Source: Asterionella formosa
Lineage: Eukaryota
Assembly (NCBI GenBank): GCA_002256025.1
Contig: NKIB01013133.1
Span: 1 to 63,889, forward strand
Direction: 5' to 3'
DNA length: 63,889 nucleotides
Below, piece after piece: positions 10,830 to 21,524 of this stretch. Position 1 is the stretch's first letter, and each line of letters starts with the position of its first letter. The notes under the pieces were generated by a model. It ran no database searches. It saw only the letters and a list, made by a program, of their open reading frames with translations, and had not been told where the DNA came from. Made by a program: the position numbers and the translations under genes.

Positions 10830-11180
10830 AGGGCTGAGTGCAATTTCTGGGCCCATGCTGAGGTGGTATGCCTCATTCAAGCAAAAACCCTGACCCTACT
10901 ATATCATATTTTGCACCTTAATACCCTTGTCAAAATCTCATTGATCATGTCGGGATTATTCTGTTGGTTTACTCAATTTATCAACATAACCACCATGAGC
11001 AGCACTATTGGTAAACACATCAAGCAGTGCGGAATCACGCAATTTCATTCATCTATGACCTATTTAGTGTTGAGCACGGCAAATCCATGCCTACATGACC
11101 AACAGATTCATGTGGAAAAGCTCTTGAGCTTGATGGTAGGCTAACTGGACTGGAAACTGTACAGGGCTGCCTCAACTATG
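10830..11180 (+). mobile_element. Possible decayed non-LTR retrotransposon fragment (post-RNase H region)
   Basis: Broken frame giving RQIHAYMTNRFMWKS ... LDWKLYRAAST, resembling the Y...R..W....IDW pattern of diatom LINE C-terminal regions. Many stops. Confidence 0.3.
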
Positions 11181-11719
11181 GTCCTATAGTAAGTAGTAGC
11201 TACAACGAAGCTACTATAATGATTTCACATGCTTTGCAATGGATTTTGATTGCAAGTTCATCATGAATGAACTCAACAATGATAACAACAAGATCAGAAG
11301 GAAAAATTATTTAAATATATTCATAAAATTTATGAATATGAATGTTTTTTATGAACAAAATTTTGTTCAAGCTAAAATTATGTTGTACTGCCTGGCTGGT
11401 AAGTACAGTGGCTACCTAATAGTAATCATGTACCGTATACTTTTTACTTAAAATGATATTCTGGTCTGCTCAGACAATCGTTATCTTTCATTTGGCTGTG
11501 ACATCATCATCTTGAATACTTTTCCAATGTCACTTGTTGATTCGGCTGGAACTATTTTAGGGTGAAACTCATTCCACAATACAAACCCCATCCCAATGCA
11601 AGAAACCTGCACAGATAGAATATTTTTATTACCAACAGCTAACGACTGAACACATGCTATGACAATACATAAATATTTGGGGTTTATAATTTAATTGCAA
11701 AATAAATCTTTAAGCACAC

Positions 11720-12400
11720 ATTAAAGTAGAATCTTGACTGGTGTGGAGTTCTTTGGGCAGCACTGGGGCGTGAAGCGCCTGGTTTTGATTTGAAAAGGCA
11801 AGTGGCTAGTTTTACTTATGGTGAGTAGGATAGTGGGGGAGGGGGGGCGTATGGTGAATGCGATGTTGGCAGATGGAGCCTTGATGTCGTTTTTCTTGGG
11901 CAAGTTGAAATGCAAGAAGGATAGTCTTACTTGTCTTGTTATTTAGTGTGAGCTTGTCTTGTTTGGTGTGAGCCAAGCCTCCCTGCTGGTGGAAGGAGTA
12001 CGAAGAAGACATTGGCAAAGGGAAGACCAAAAAGATGGTTCTGGTCTACATTATTTGGTTGTGGTAGGCGAGATTAATGTCTGTGATCAGGCGGCGCGGT
12101 TGGCTTGTAGTATACTTGCTCTATGGATAAAAGAGATTTGTTTCTCCCATTGGTTGGAGGCATAAACGCGAATACTACTGAGGAGTGCTGGGTCGTGCTG
12201 TTGGCGATAGATAGTCATAGCGGCACCCCAGGAGGCTATATTAGTAGAGCAAGATGCCTGCAAAGGGATCTTTGGTTCCAGCCTAATTTTGTCGCTGTTG
12301 GAAGGCAAAATAGGCGGAGGCAGAATGAGGGTTTGGAATGAATGGCTTTGGGAGCAAGGGTCGGAATTGTCATTTTCCAAGTCGTGGAAGTCATATTCAA
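11720..12400 (-). mobile_element. Possible decayed LINE endonuclease fragment
   Basis: Frameshifted pieces ASWGAAM..., SIRVYASN(x)NG and SSSYSFHQQGG resemble the WG, RI...NxNG and QPGG motifs of the APE endonuclease N-terminus in diatom LINEs. Confidence 0.35.
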
Positions 12401-13276
12401 GGCCAAGAGGACTTGTATGTAGGTTTTTTTAGAGATGGCTGGTCAGACCAGTGCTGTCCACTATACTACTAGTGAAGAATATTTGTGAACGGAAATGTAG
12501 AGAAAATTAGCATATTATAGAGATTATAACTAAACAAATTCTTCTTCACCTCGACAAAAAAGTTTGTCAGTAGGCCCCAAAATTATGTGAGTTTCTAAAA
12601 ATTTATGGAAGTTGTCAAAACTATTTTATTTCACTCCTATCATTTATATTACGTGATGCACCATATTTTTATGTGATGTCATGATACTCTTAAATTACTA
12701 TGTAGCTATGTAGCCAATTTTGTCATCATATTTGGCCACCCAAATATTTAATTTTGGTGATCACATTTTACTTGCATTTTTGTGGCAATTATACCACCAA
12801 TAATCGGAGTTGTAGATGTATCTGAGAGGGTGAGGACTTGGAGGTAAAGTCTGCAGCAGTTGATAAGATGGGATTGGATACTGCTGGGGTGGTGACAACA
12901 AGGGTGGCCATTGCTGGCATTAGCTAGGAAGCAATCCTAATTGAAGCAGTTGATTTGTGAGGACCCATGGCTGGGTCAGAGCTAATTGCCTATTTGCACA
13001 AAAGTGTTGCAATATGCACAATGAATTAGGCAGACAACAAGTAGGTCTACAGCCCTCTGAGGGGCCAAGTGCAACGTCACAACCTCCACAATGTTGAATT
13101 CTTTAACAATAGCATATTGTAAAATTACTTTCTATTTTTATCATGTATTTACTAAGTTATATATGAATATAATAAAGTGGAACAAGGGAACTGCTAGTTG
13201 TCTCACAAGCCCATCTCCTAACCCTCAAGAACTTGGACAAGTTAATTCTAATAAAAGGCTCATTTAAATCCCCCTG

Positions 13277-15401
13277 TTACACCAATGTCTCACTTCCACC
13301 TTGATTTCCTTGATCAAGTTCAATTAATCGCTGCCGTTGAGATTTAGATGCACAATAATAATAATAAAAGCCTGTGACCATAAAACCAATACTTATGGCC
13401 ATAGGAATACCATCGTCTAGAGATTTCTTGTCATCCTTGCCATGTGTGTTTGAGTGAGTTCCACTAGTTGCTGTTGGCTGGTTGAAATTTTTCAAGAGTG
13501 CTGAGATCATGAGCATAAAATCAAATGATCCATGCAACAGTACTGCTGGAAACACAATTCGTCCCAACTGACTTTTCCTGTCACTTTCCAAATCTCTCTG
13601 GACAACACCAATTGATTGAATTGCGGCTAAGAGTGGATGTAAGGGAAAGAGTGATCGTGTAACAAGTGTAACAAGTTCATTTGTAACACTTGGTGGGGTA
13701 TACACAAAGACATAGAGCAAATTTTCTGCGCATGCAAAGCCTGTGGCTACTGCTACCATGGCAATGGTTATAGCAGCTCCTCGTGATTGCAGTGTACGGT
13801 TGTTGGTGTTGATTTCTTGTCCATCTTCTGTCAGGAATACAATATCTTTGGCATCCATCAAATCTGGATGTTCCAACATCCAGAACCCGAAATACTTTGA
13901 CATTTCTTCACCAACAGCTGCAACAAGAAATGCATTCAAGAATACATAAACAACAAAGATCCCAACATGATCCTTTTCAAATTGTTTCGTCAAGTCTTTA
14001 ATTTCTTGCTTTGCCATTCCTGGTGAGACTTCTCCATTGATTCCGCAAACAAGAATAAGGAGCATAAAGAATTCCAGGACTAACAATACCATCATTTCAT
14101 AGACAATCACAATAAAGGTGCACAAAACAAAACCTGAAGAAAAGTATTTAATGACAGCATCTAGGGACAAGTCAAATCGATTTCGGTTCCAATGAACCAA
14201 GTAGACAATGATAAATGCTTGTGAGAACGTTGCAATGAGCTGGTGATTGGCAGATGTTAGGTAGTTGAGTTAGATACATGATATTGTTCCATGATGGTTG
14301 TAGAATCAAACGGTTCATTTCTTACTTACCACTGCCAAATTCAAAACGTGAAATTCCGCATCAAGATTTGATAGGGCAACAAAAGTCAACAATATCAAGG
14401 TGAGTCCTAAAATTGTCACCAACTTGCGTGAAAGTTGCGAAATGGCTTTACCATGCATCCACAGTGACTTGACCTGATTTAGTCTCAAATCTTGTAATTT
14501 GTTCATATAATCAACATATGGTTCAAATGTAATATAGTCAACTTGTAGGTCCTTCTTGGGTAACAATCTCCTCAATTCTCTGTCTTCTTGTGAAATGGCA
14601 CACATTCCACAGCACACCCACCACGCTCCACATAAGTATCCACAACAGGAAGTTAAAAGAGTGCTCCACAAACAGTGACATAAATCCGCCGGAGGTCTTT
14701 CCTGAAGCGCCATCATGCTATTACTGATGGGTTCATCCATGCTATCGTCAAGAGTATCGTCGTTGTTCTGTACGTATACACCATCTGCCCCAAAGCATGC
14801 ACACACAGCATGAGCTTTTCTAATATCATCATGCTGATGAAGTGGAATGTAGCTTTCGATTGAAAGAGGTGAGAATGATGTACCAACAATTCCATGGACA
14901 GCATCGTCGTCACTATCATCGACTTGATTGTTAGTAGTGCCGGCAGTAGCACTACTATTAAGCGTGTTGTCATTAGTAATAGTACCAAACTTGGAATTGT
15001 GAAGTTTTGTCATGACTGCTTTCCGAACTCGGATACGTTCATGCTTGGCCTTGGTCAACAATGCCACCAGCAACACAAAAAGAATCCACACAAGCATTGC
15101 TTTCAAATGATGCTTCGAGTCTGTTGTAGGTAGGAACTTGCTGCACACAACGTACACGGTCACGACCAGAATGGGCAATCCAAAGTATTTCCCCAGACGC
15201 TTCCACCAGGGAGGAGGAGGTTCGTCCAGTGCCCAAGTAGTAATTGCGATCACTCAAGAGTACGCCACAACATGCCAGGGCGCAGCAGTCAGATTTCGAC
15301 GACGGATCTTGGAACAGCGCTGAAAGGGAAGTCGACCAGCCGCCTCGATAGCTTTCATTGCAGTCGCTTCTACTATTTCGCACCATGGCAACATCAGGCA
15401 T
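13277..15401 (-). CDS. PLAC8-like Cys-rich domain fused to a PrsW-family intramembrane protease; one intron and one apparent +1 frameshift
   Basis: C-terminal exon has the PrsW motifs GEEMSKY, GFACAENLLY, LHPLLA and LLHGSFDF. Intron 14240-14329 (GTAAGT...CTAAC...CAG, phase 0) joins it in frame to the upstream exon (CCGYLCGAWWVCCGMCAISQEDRE). The 5' part WSTSLSALF..DCCALACCG (ATG 15401) joins only if one G is removed at ~15232-15234. Confidence 0.8.
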
Positions 15402-16456
15402 GATTGTAGAATGGAATAGGATCGTTATTATAGGTTGAGAGAAGGAGAGTGTGCTTGTGACTGTTTGATGCCTTGGATTTATTCTATGTATCATCCAACA
15501 CTATGTAATTTTATCGACACTTAGTCTATGCTGTAGTAATGATACTTTTTACTCAGAATAGCATCCAAAAATCTTTGGATTCAGCGGTCTATTTGCTCCT
15601 GGAAGGTACGGAAAATCCGTACATCCTCGCTACGGGGGAAATTCCTCATGTGTATCGTGCACGACCTCGCTGTGTTTTAATCAAATATCTTGCAAAATTC
15701 TAGTCGCGTGCTCTTCTGCGAACTCTTGAAAAGTACGCGCGACTGCCAATTCGTCGAATCGAGTGTGAACTCTGATCAGGCATTAAACATCCAAATATGA
15801 ACATTGCTTCCAAAACACGGCTACATAGATATCAGATGGTATACCGGTGTCTCCGTATCTAATCATTTGAACCCTGTACCTGTAGTAACCCTTGTAACGG
15901 TACCTGGTGAGCGATCTCGCTCAAGTACAGATATACCTATAAGGTTAGGTTTTCAAAGATATATCAGAACTCTATCAGGAGAGAACTCGACTAACACCTT
16001 CTTGAATACTTGAGATCGAGTTTCACACAAGGATTAAGTAGTAAGCTCATATATTGGGGTTGTCGTTTACATGTTGAGTAAATAGTTCTGTCGTTATCTA
16101 CGACATTTGAGCATACCGGCATTCTACAGATACAGCTAGTAGAGTGGTCATTTGTTACCAGAAGCTACCAGGAGCGAATGTAGAAAATTACCAGCAGCAG
16201 GACTACATAGTGGGCAGGTGTGTTTCAAGCTAAAACACTCGGACGTAGGAATTTCTTAACCTCGGGTACCAGGTAGTAGAAACATACCCTTGCTTATACG
16301 CATGTTGATCGGGAAAATTGCATTTCAGCACTCAGAACACATTCCGGCAACTAGCTCTAGTCAAAATTTGAGAAAATTAACAAGGAGGAATCTTTCAAAT
16401 ACACATCACACTCTCCTAAGCTGTTGATGTTCTTGGTTAAACACATATTGATCCCC

Positions 16457-19400
16457 TCACCTAATATAGGCAGACATGACATCGCATGCTCTCAACATAT
16501 ATCCGAATCCCGGCTTTGCATTGCTGATCAAATATTTTTTCAAAAGGTTGACATCGAACTTTCCAGTTTCAGTGTCCAAAGATACTTGCAAGGGCCCAAA
16601 AGGGTAGGACGCCGACAGCTCAAATGTAGCAAAAAGTTTGTCTTCTTTTCCGTTAAAAACCACTTGGATAAGAAAGTCAGACTTGCTCCCTCCGTCCTGG
16701 TCCATAGATATGCCTGCCGAGTATCGTCGCTGGAGGGTTGCCAACTCGTTTGCCGTCAGCTCAATTCTCCCTTTGGTCCACTCTAAACGTTGCAGCAAAA
16801 TGCCGATTTCGGACATCGAGCTTAGTTTCTTCTTGCTCACACTTTCTACCATTGTCGATACTCTGGCCTTGATGAATCCAACAGTGGTTGGTGTATATTG
16901 CATTATTCGCCCCCTGCGTAATTTGAAATGAGCTGGATTCACTACTGCATTACATGCAACTGGACCATGCTCCTGTAAATCAAAAGCGACAGTGAAGCAC
17001 AATTTTGGATTTGTTCCAACAAACGCAATTGAAAGCTTGGAGTCTCCGACTTCCAAAGGAGTAGCACTTGAGAGTCCCTTCAGCGAGACGAACCTGCCTT
17101 GACAAGAGGTTGCATCCTTTTGGCAAAATGCAAGTTGGTTGTTTACCGATTCTAATTCAACTTCTCTTGCAGCTGCATCGTTCGTGGCTTCAAGATGCAA
17201 ATTCACCGTCTCGAGCCCTTGCCGAGCATGTGCAAGCTCTTGTTCTAATTGGTCAATCTGGTTGTCCATTAGCGATGCCGCAGTCATCCGACGGTTCATA
17301 CTGCGTCGACGTGCCTGTTGTGCTGCTCGACCCGCCATCAATGATAAGGCTTCTTGTGTGTCTTCCATTAGCGTAAAGCATTTCCTGATTCGATCTTCGT
17401 CATCTTCAAGCTCTTCAGGGATTTGATCGACTTGTCCAACCAGAGCTTCAGCAACCATCGTCTCCCACGAGTTCCACTCATTTTCGACAAATATTTGTAC
17501 AGAATTAGCGAGATCTCTGATCAATTCTTTCCCGTCATCCTCGCGTAGACTTTTTTGTAGCTGAAGGAGCTCATCAGGCATTTCCTCAACAAGCGCCCGA
17601 AAGCAGGTGTCGCTATCCGAGCTGATTTCAGCCTTGCCTTCAACTTCAGTGCAAACCGCCGCCACGAACCCTTCCAATGCTTCAGTGATGAATTGATTCT
17701 TGGTGATGTCAGAGATGCTTTTTGCTTCTGCAACTGTGTCTATCTCGTGATTCATCACAAGGGATTGAAGGCCAGTCAAGGAATCAATCAGAGCACTAGT
17801 CAACTCGAGGGTATCTTCCTCATCGTCATCGGCAGTGAGATTGCTCTCGTTCGTCGGGTTCTTGGGGACATCCAACACAAAAGGTTCGTCTTGCGAACCC
17901 AAAACAAGCCCGTCCTTAGACAACGAGACGCGACTGCTTGGTACAAGACTGAATCGCTGGCTCGAAGCCGAGGACGATCTCCTACGAGGATCCCCAGATG
18001 TCCTGGGTGTATCCGAAAGATCAAAATGGAAAATTTCCCCTTTGCTTACAACCGAGTCCAAATCGAATGTTTTCGGGTGATTCCCTATGACATCAGCTGC
18101 ATAGAGGAGAGAATCCATATTCGTTTCCAACTCGATGGTGTCTATCTCTTCTTCGTCATTACTTTTAACAGGTAATTCGATAGGCGATTCAACCGCCACT
18201 AGGAGTGATTGGATGTTGGTCTCCAGTTCTATAGTTCCTGTGAAATTCTCGCGCTTCGTGGAATTACGAACAGCGTCAACAACGGAATCGATGGTAGTCT
18301 CGAATTCAATCGTGGAATCTTCATTTGAAGGGGAAATATCTAGTGGCTCACCAAAAGACATGCGCTCTGTTCTCGGTACTAGACTGCTCTGCATCTTTGG
18401 AAATTTGTCGGTGAGCTTAATAGACCTTAGTTCATCACTTGTATCACCATCGGTACCACCTTGTGAAGCGGCAGATAAAAGTGCTGCTAGATCGCCTTCG
18501 AGCTCAACGGTATTTTCATCTTCCTCAGTGATCATACTTGTGGCTTCACTCATTGGGCTGATAGCATCCATATGCTGTCGCACTTCAGGACTACAAGATA
18601 AATTCTGGGCAGTTGAAGTGTCTGATTCGTGCTTGGAAAAAGGCATACTGGCTTGGTCGATACTCACAGAGTCGTCCATTGCAACGGAATCAGCTGAACA
18701 GCTGTCATTTGAATTGTTTGATGGTGTATCTGAAGAATTATTACTATTGAAAGTGTTCACTAGAAGTCCTTGGATATTGGACTCAAGCTCAATCGTTTGG
18801 TCTTCATCTGTTATCGAAGTTGCCAACTCTTGTGCGGCTCCCTGATTCTTGCTTTTCATGTTGTCTTCAGCGTCGTCATTCTCAGAATCTGATCCTTCAG
18901 TTGTGTCCATATCTTGTTCTTCAACTTGGTTGAGGAGAGCGCTCAAGTCAACATCCATTTCCACTGTGTGATCCTCGCCGCCGTTGGATGACATGGATGG
19001 TTCCTCATTAAATATTCCAGGAGATTCTGACGACGAGTCGCTGGGAATCGCATACATAGCCTTAGCTTGATTGTGTGGCATGGGAGTCAAATTGACTGAA
19101 GGACTCCCAATTCTGTACTCTGCTGCCTCAGGAGATCCAAATGCAACAGATTTCTTGGACGTCAACGAGTCACGAGTAGTTTTGTGTTTCTTGGATGAGT
19201 TCAAAATGGACTTTGGAGCGACCCTCTGGAAGCTCGAATTTGTAGCCGGTGACTCGTTGCTAAACAGGCCATTTAAGTCTGGGGCGCTTGCAGTTGTGTT
19301 GGTGATGTCAGAGTTTCGCCTTTTCTTGGGGTCTATCGCCGACATGATAGAAATATCGGACATTCGAGATTTAGAAGTTTTGCTTGCCAATGCAATTATT

Positions 19401-20683
19401 TCTTCAATAGCAAGCTTTTGGGGGGATTTGCTCCGAGTATTTCGTGCAGGCGATGTCGACGATGCTGGGTTGACCAAACGACGCGGTGATGGTGCAATCT
19501 TGGTTGGAGTCAGGCGTGTATGGTGATTGTGGGGGGCCAATCGAAATGGAGCGTCTTTTTCAGCAATAGTTGACGGAGAAGAGAAGTGTTCTTCCTCCTC
19601 AATCATATCGGTGCGTGTTTCTTCCGTTAGATGGGTACGTGCCGGCGAGCCAGAAAGCCGAGAGGGTTTTAAACGCGATGGAGAATTGGGTGCGATGTTG
19701 AAAGCACTTACTAAGCTGGCAATTGGCATGGTTTCATTGTCGTTCCCTTCAGGAGAAGTAAATCCCATTGATGCGTCCTCTTCGACAGATGTTGGGTTCA
19801 GTAAGGGAGAGTCTATCGAAGTATTCGTCACTTTCGCATCATCTTTTTCTTCCAGCAAGCCAGCGAAGAGTTCATCCAAAGAAGTCGCACTTACATCTGT
19901 CGTTCTTGAAGAATCCTCCGTAGCAGTTGAATCCGACGACGATACCGACTTGTTCAAACCAGATTGTGAATGCGCTGGAGTAGTCCGCTCGGGTGCAGGT
20001 GACAAAGGAGGCACAGCTGTTCCACTTGTACTGTGAATGGAGTCTCGCCGAGAAACGGCAGGAACTTCATCTTTATTCAGGCGATTTTTTCGGAGCGAAT
20101 TGGTAAGCTCGCGAAGGCGAGCAATTTGCTCGTTCTTGGGAGTAGGTTCCGGGCTCGGATAAAGAGGAGAGAGAGGCTCACGGGTCCCACCTGAAGGGGT
20201 TTTTTGCTTGGGCGTTTGTTTGCTGTTAGTGCCTTGATTCTCTTGATCCTGTAAAGCGACAGACTTCTTGAAATCAGGCATTTTGGACTCCAAAAGCATC
20301 TGGCGAGAAGCTGCGGCAAGAATGAAATTTGAAGCAGTCAGTTCTGTAGTATCGGAAAGGACGGATTGGTTGAGCAAATCCGATTCTTCCGAGCTAGAAG
20401 AAGTCCCTCCTAGGCTAATCATAGAAGTATCGCCGAAGCCTATGCTGATATCTCCAGTTAAATCCTTCGGTTTCTTGCTAGATTTAGGCGTTCCGGAGAA
20501 GTAGTACGCCGATGTTGCCGCTCCAATGTGCAGCTTGTGATGTTTTGATGGAGTGAATGATTCAATTGCTGGAGCTGCAGCTTCTTGTACCGGTACTCCG
20601 TTTATCGTGTTTCGGCGGTTGTTTGTCACAACTTCCTTACAGGACAAGCCCTGTTGATCCGATTGACGACGCTTGTTCATCAT
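16457..20683 (-). CDS. KNL1: Kinetochore scaffold KNL1/Spc105/Spc7
   Basis: 1408 aa. KSILN (SILK-like) followed by KKSVAF (RVxF-like), then 7 MELT-like repeats T[IVL]E[LMF][EDT], a coiled coil, and a C-terminal RWD-like region (FELSASYPFGPLQV). Confidence 0.82.
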   Translation of the reverse strand: MMNKRRQSDQQGLSCKEVVTNNRRNTINGVPVQEAAAPAIESFTPSKHHKLHIGAATSAYYFSGTPKSSKKPKDLTGDISIGFGDTSMISLGGTSSSSEESDLLNQSVLSDTTELTASNFILAAASRQMLLESKMPDFKKSVALQDQENQGTNSKQTPKQKTPSGGTREPLSPLYPSPEPTPKNEQIARLRELTNSLRKNRLNKDEVPAVSRRDSIHSTSGTAVPPLSPAPERTTPAHSQSGLNKSVSSSDSTATEDSSRTTDVSATSLDELFAGLLEEKDDAKVTNTSIDSPLLNPTSVEEDASMGFTSPEGNDNETMPIASLVSAFNIAPNSPSRLKPSRLSGSPARTHLTEETRTDMIEEEEHFSSPSTIAEKDAPFRLAPHNHHTRLTPTKIAPSPRRLVNPASSTSPARNTRSKSPQKLAIEEIIALASKTSKSRMSDISIMSAIDPKKRRNSDITNTTASAPDLNGLFSNESPATNSSFQRVAPKSILNSSKKHKTTRDSLTSKKSVAFGSPEAAEYRIGSPSVNLTPMPHNQAKAMYAIPSDSSSESPGIFNEEPSMSSNGGEDHTVEMDVDLSALLNQVEEQDMDTTEGSDSENDDAEDNMKSKNQGAAQELATSITDEDQTIELESNIQGLLVNTFNSNNSSDTPSNNSNDSCSADSVAMDDSVSIDQASMPFSKHESDTSTAQNLSCSPEVRQHMDAISPMSEATSMITEEDENTVELEGDLAALLSAASQGGTDGDTSDELRSIKLTDKFPKMQSSLVPRTERMSFGEPLDISPSNEDSTIEFETTIDSVVDAVRNSTKRENFTGTIELETNIQSLLVAVESPIELPVKSNDEEEIDTIELETNMDSLLYAADVIGNHPKTFDLDSVVSKGEIFHFDLSDTPRTSGDPRRRSSSASSQRFSLVPSSRVSLSKDGLVLGSQDEPFVLDVPKNPTNESNLTADDDEEDTLELTSALIDSLTGLQSLVMNHEIDTVAEAKSISDITKNQFITEALEGFVAAVCTEVEGKAEISSDSDTCFRALVEEMPDELLQLQKSLREDDGKELIRDLANSVQIFVENEWNSWETMVAEALVGQVDQIPEELEDDEDRIRKCFTLMEDTQEALSLMAGRAAQQARRRSMNRRMTAASLMDNQIDQLEQELAHARQGLETVNLHLEATNDAAAREVELESVNNQLAFCQKDATSCQGRFVSLKGLSSATPLEVGDSKLSIAFVGTNPKLCFTVAFDLQEHGPVACNAVVNPAHFKLRRGRIMQYTPTTVGFIKARVSTMVESVSKKKLSSMSEIGILLQRLEWTKGRIELTANELATLQRRYSAGISMDQDGGSKSDFLIQVVFNGKEDKLFATFELSASYPFGPLQVSLDTETGKFDVNLLKKYLISNAKPGFGYMLRACDVMSAYIR

Positions 20684-21130
20684 GGTGACCAGAGACTAAA
20701 ATAAATCAGGTTCTGATGAGCGATATTCGCATGATGATCGCTTGAACAATTCCCGCAGTTGCTCCGTGACCAAGTATACGGTAGAACTTGGTTGTCTTTG
20801 CAGACGTTTTGACGCAAATGGCGGTTTGAATTGTTGCTCATCATGGCACAGCCAAATTTGAAAACGGCAGTATCATTTGCAGCGGTGGGGATTGGGGAGC
20901 ATTTAATGCATGCATTAAAACTCTCACACAGACATTGTGACAAGGACGCCCTGGCTAAGACATCCAATACCGGTACCGGTATACTGATAGAAGGAGGTGC
21001 GGTGTCTTAGCTTCATACCGGTTGACTACCGGTATGTACGTATTCCAGCATATAATGAATACTGTACAGCTATGATAGAGAAAAGAAATCTCCGAGATCC
21101 AGGAAATGGCACCTGGTACACCTGCAAGGA

Positions 21131-21212
21131 GTTGCGGTAATTTTGCTGAAACTAAAGATTTAGCTGTCTTTATCCCAGATTAGAATGTTAGTTTAAGCAA
21201 AATTACCGCAAC
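21131..21212. mobile_element. MITE-like element, 82 bp, with 25 bp terminal inverted repeats
   Basis: GTTGCGGTAATTTTGCTGAAACTAA at 21131 and its reverse complement (1 mismatch) ending at 21212. A related copy lies at 36480-36568. Confidence 0.8.
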
Positions 21213-21524
21213 ATGCTGGTACAACCTCGTCCTCGGAGTACCTAGGTACCTAGCTATCAGGTACCTGGTTGGAGTACCGGAGTACCAGGTACGAATCCAT
21301 AGATTGCCGTTGCATAGCTGTTCGCCATAGTACATGTCGGAATAACCATGAGGTCCAACACAAACTATATGCACGAATTTGGTGCAAGAAACAACACTTG
21401 ACACATTGGCAGAATATTTAGAGACCAACCTTGTATTCACGATGTCAAGCGGAATCATTTGCTAGCGTCGTTATATTTCCTGAAAATCCACTGTATTATC
21501 TATATTTCTAGGTTTGCGTGTAAG

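Noticed and set aside
15601..15626. Hairpin GTACGGA-AAA-TCCGTAC
   Set aside because: A single short stem that could be chance; bacterial-type terminators are not relevant here.
17693..20504. Long antisense ORFs opposite KNL1 (also opposite the silicanins, DUF6824 and the plastid repeat gene)
   Set aside because: Shadow frames of genuine coding sequence with no independent motifs.
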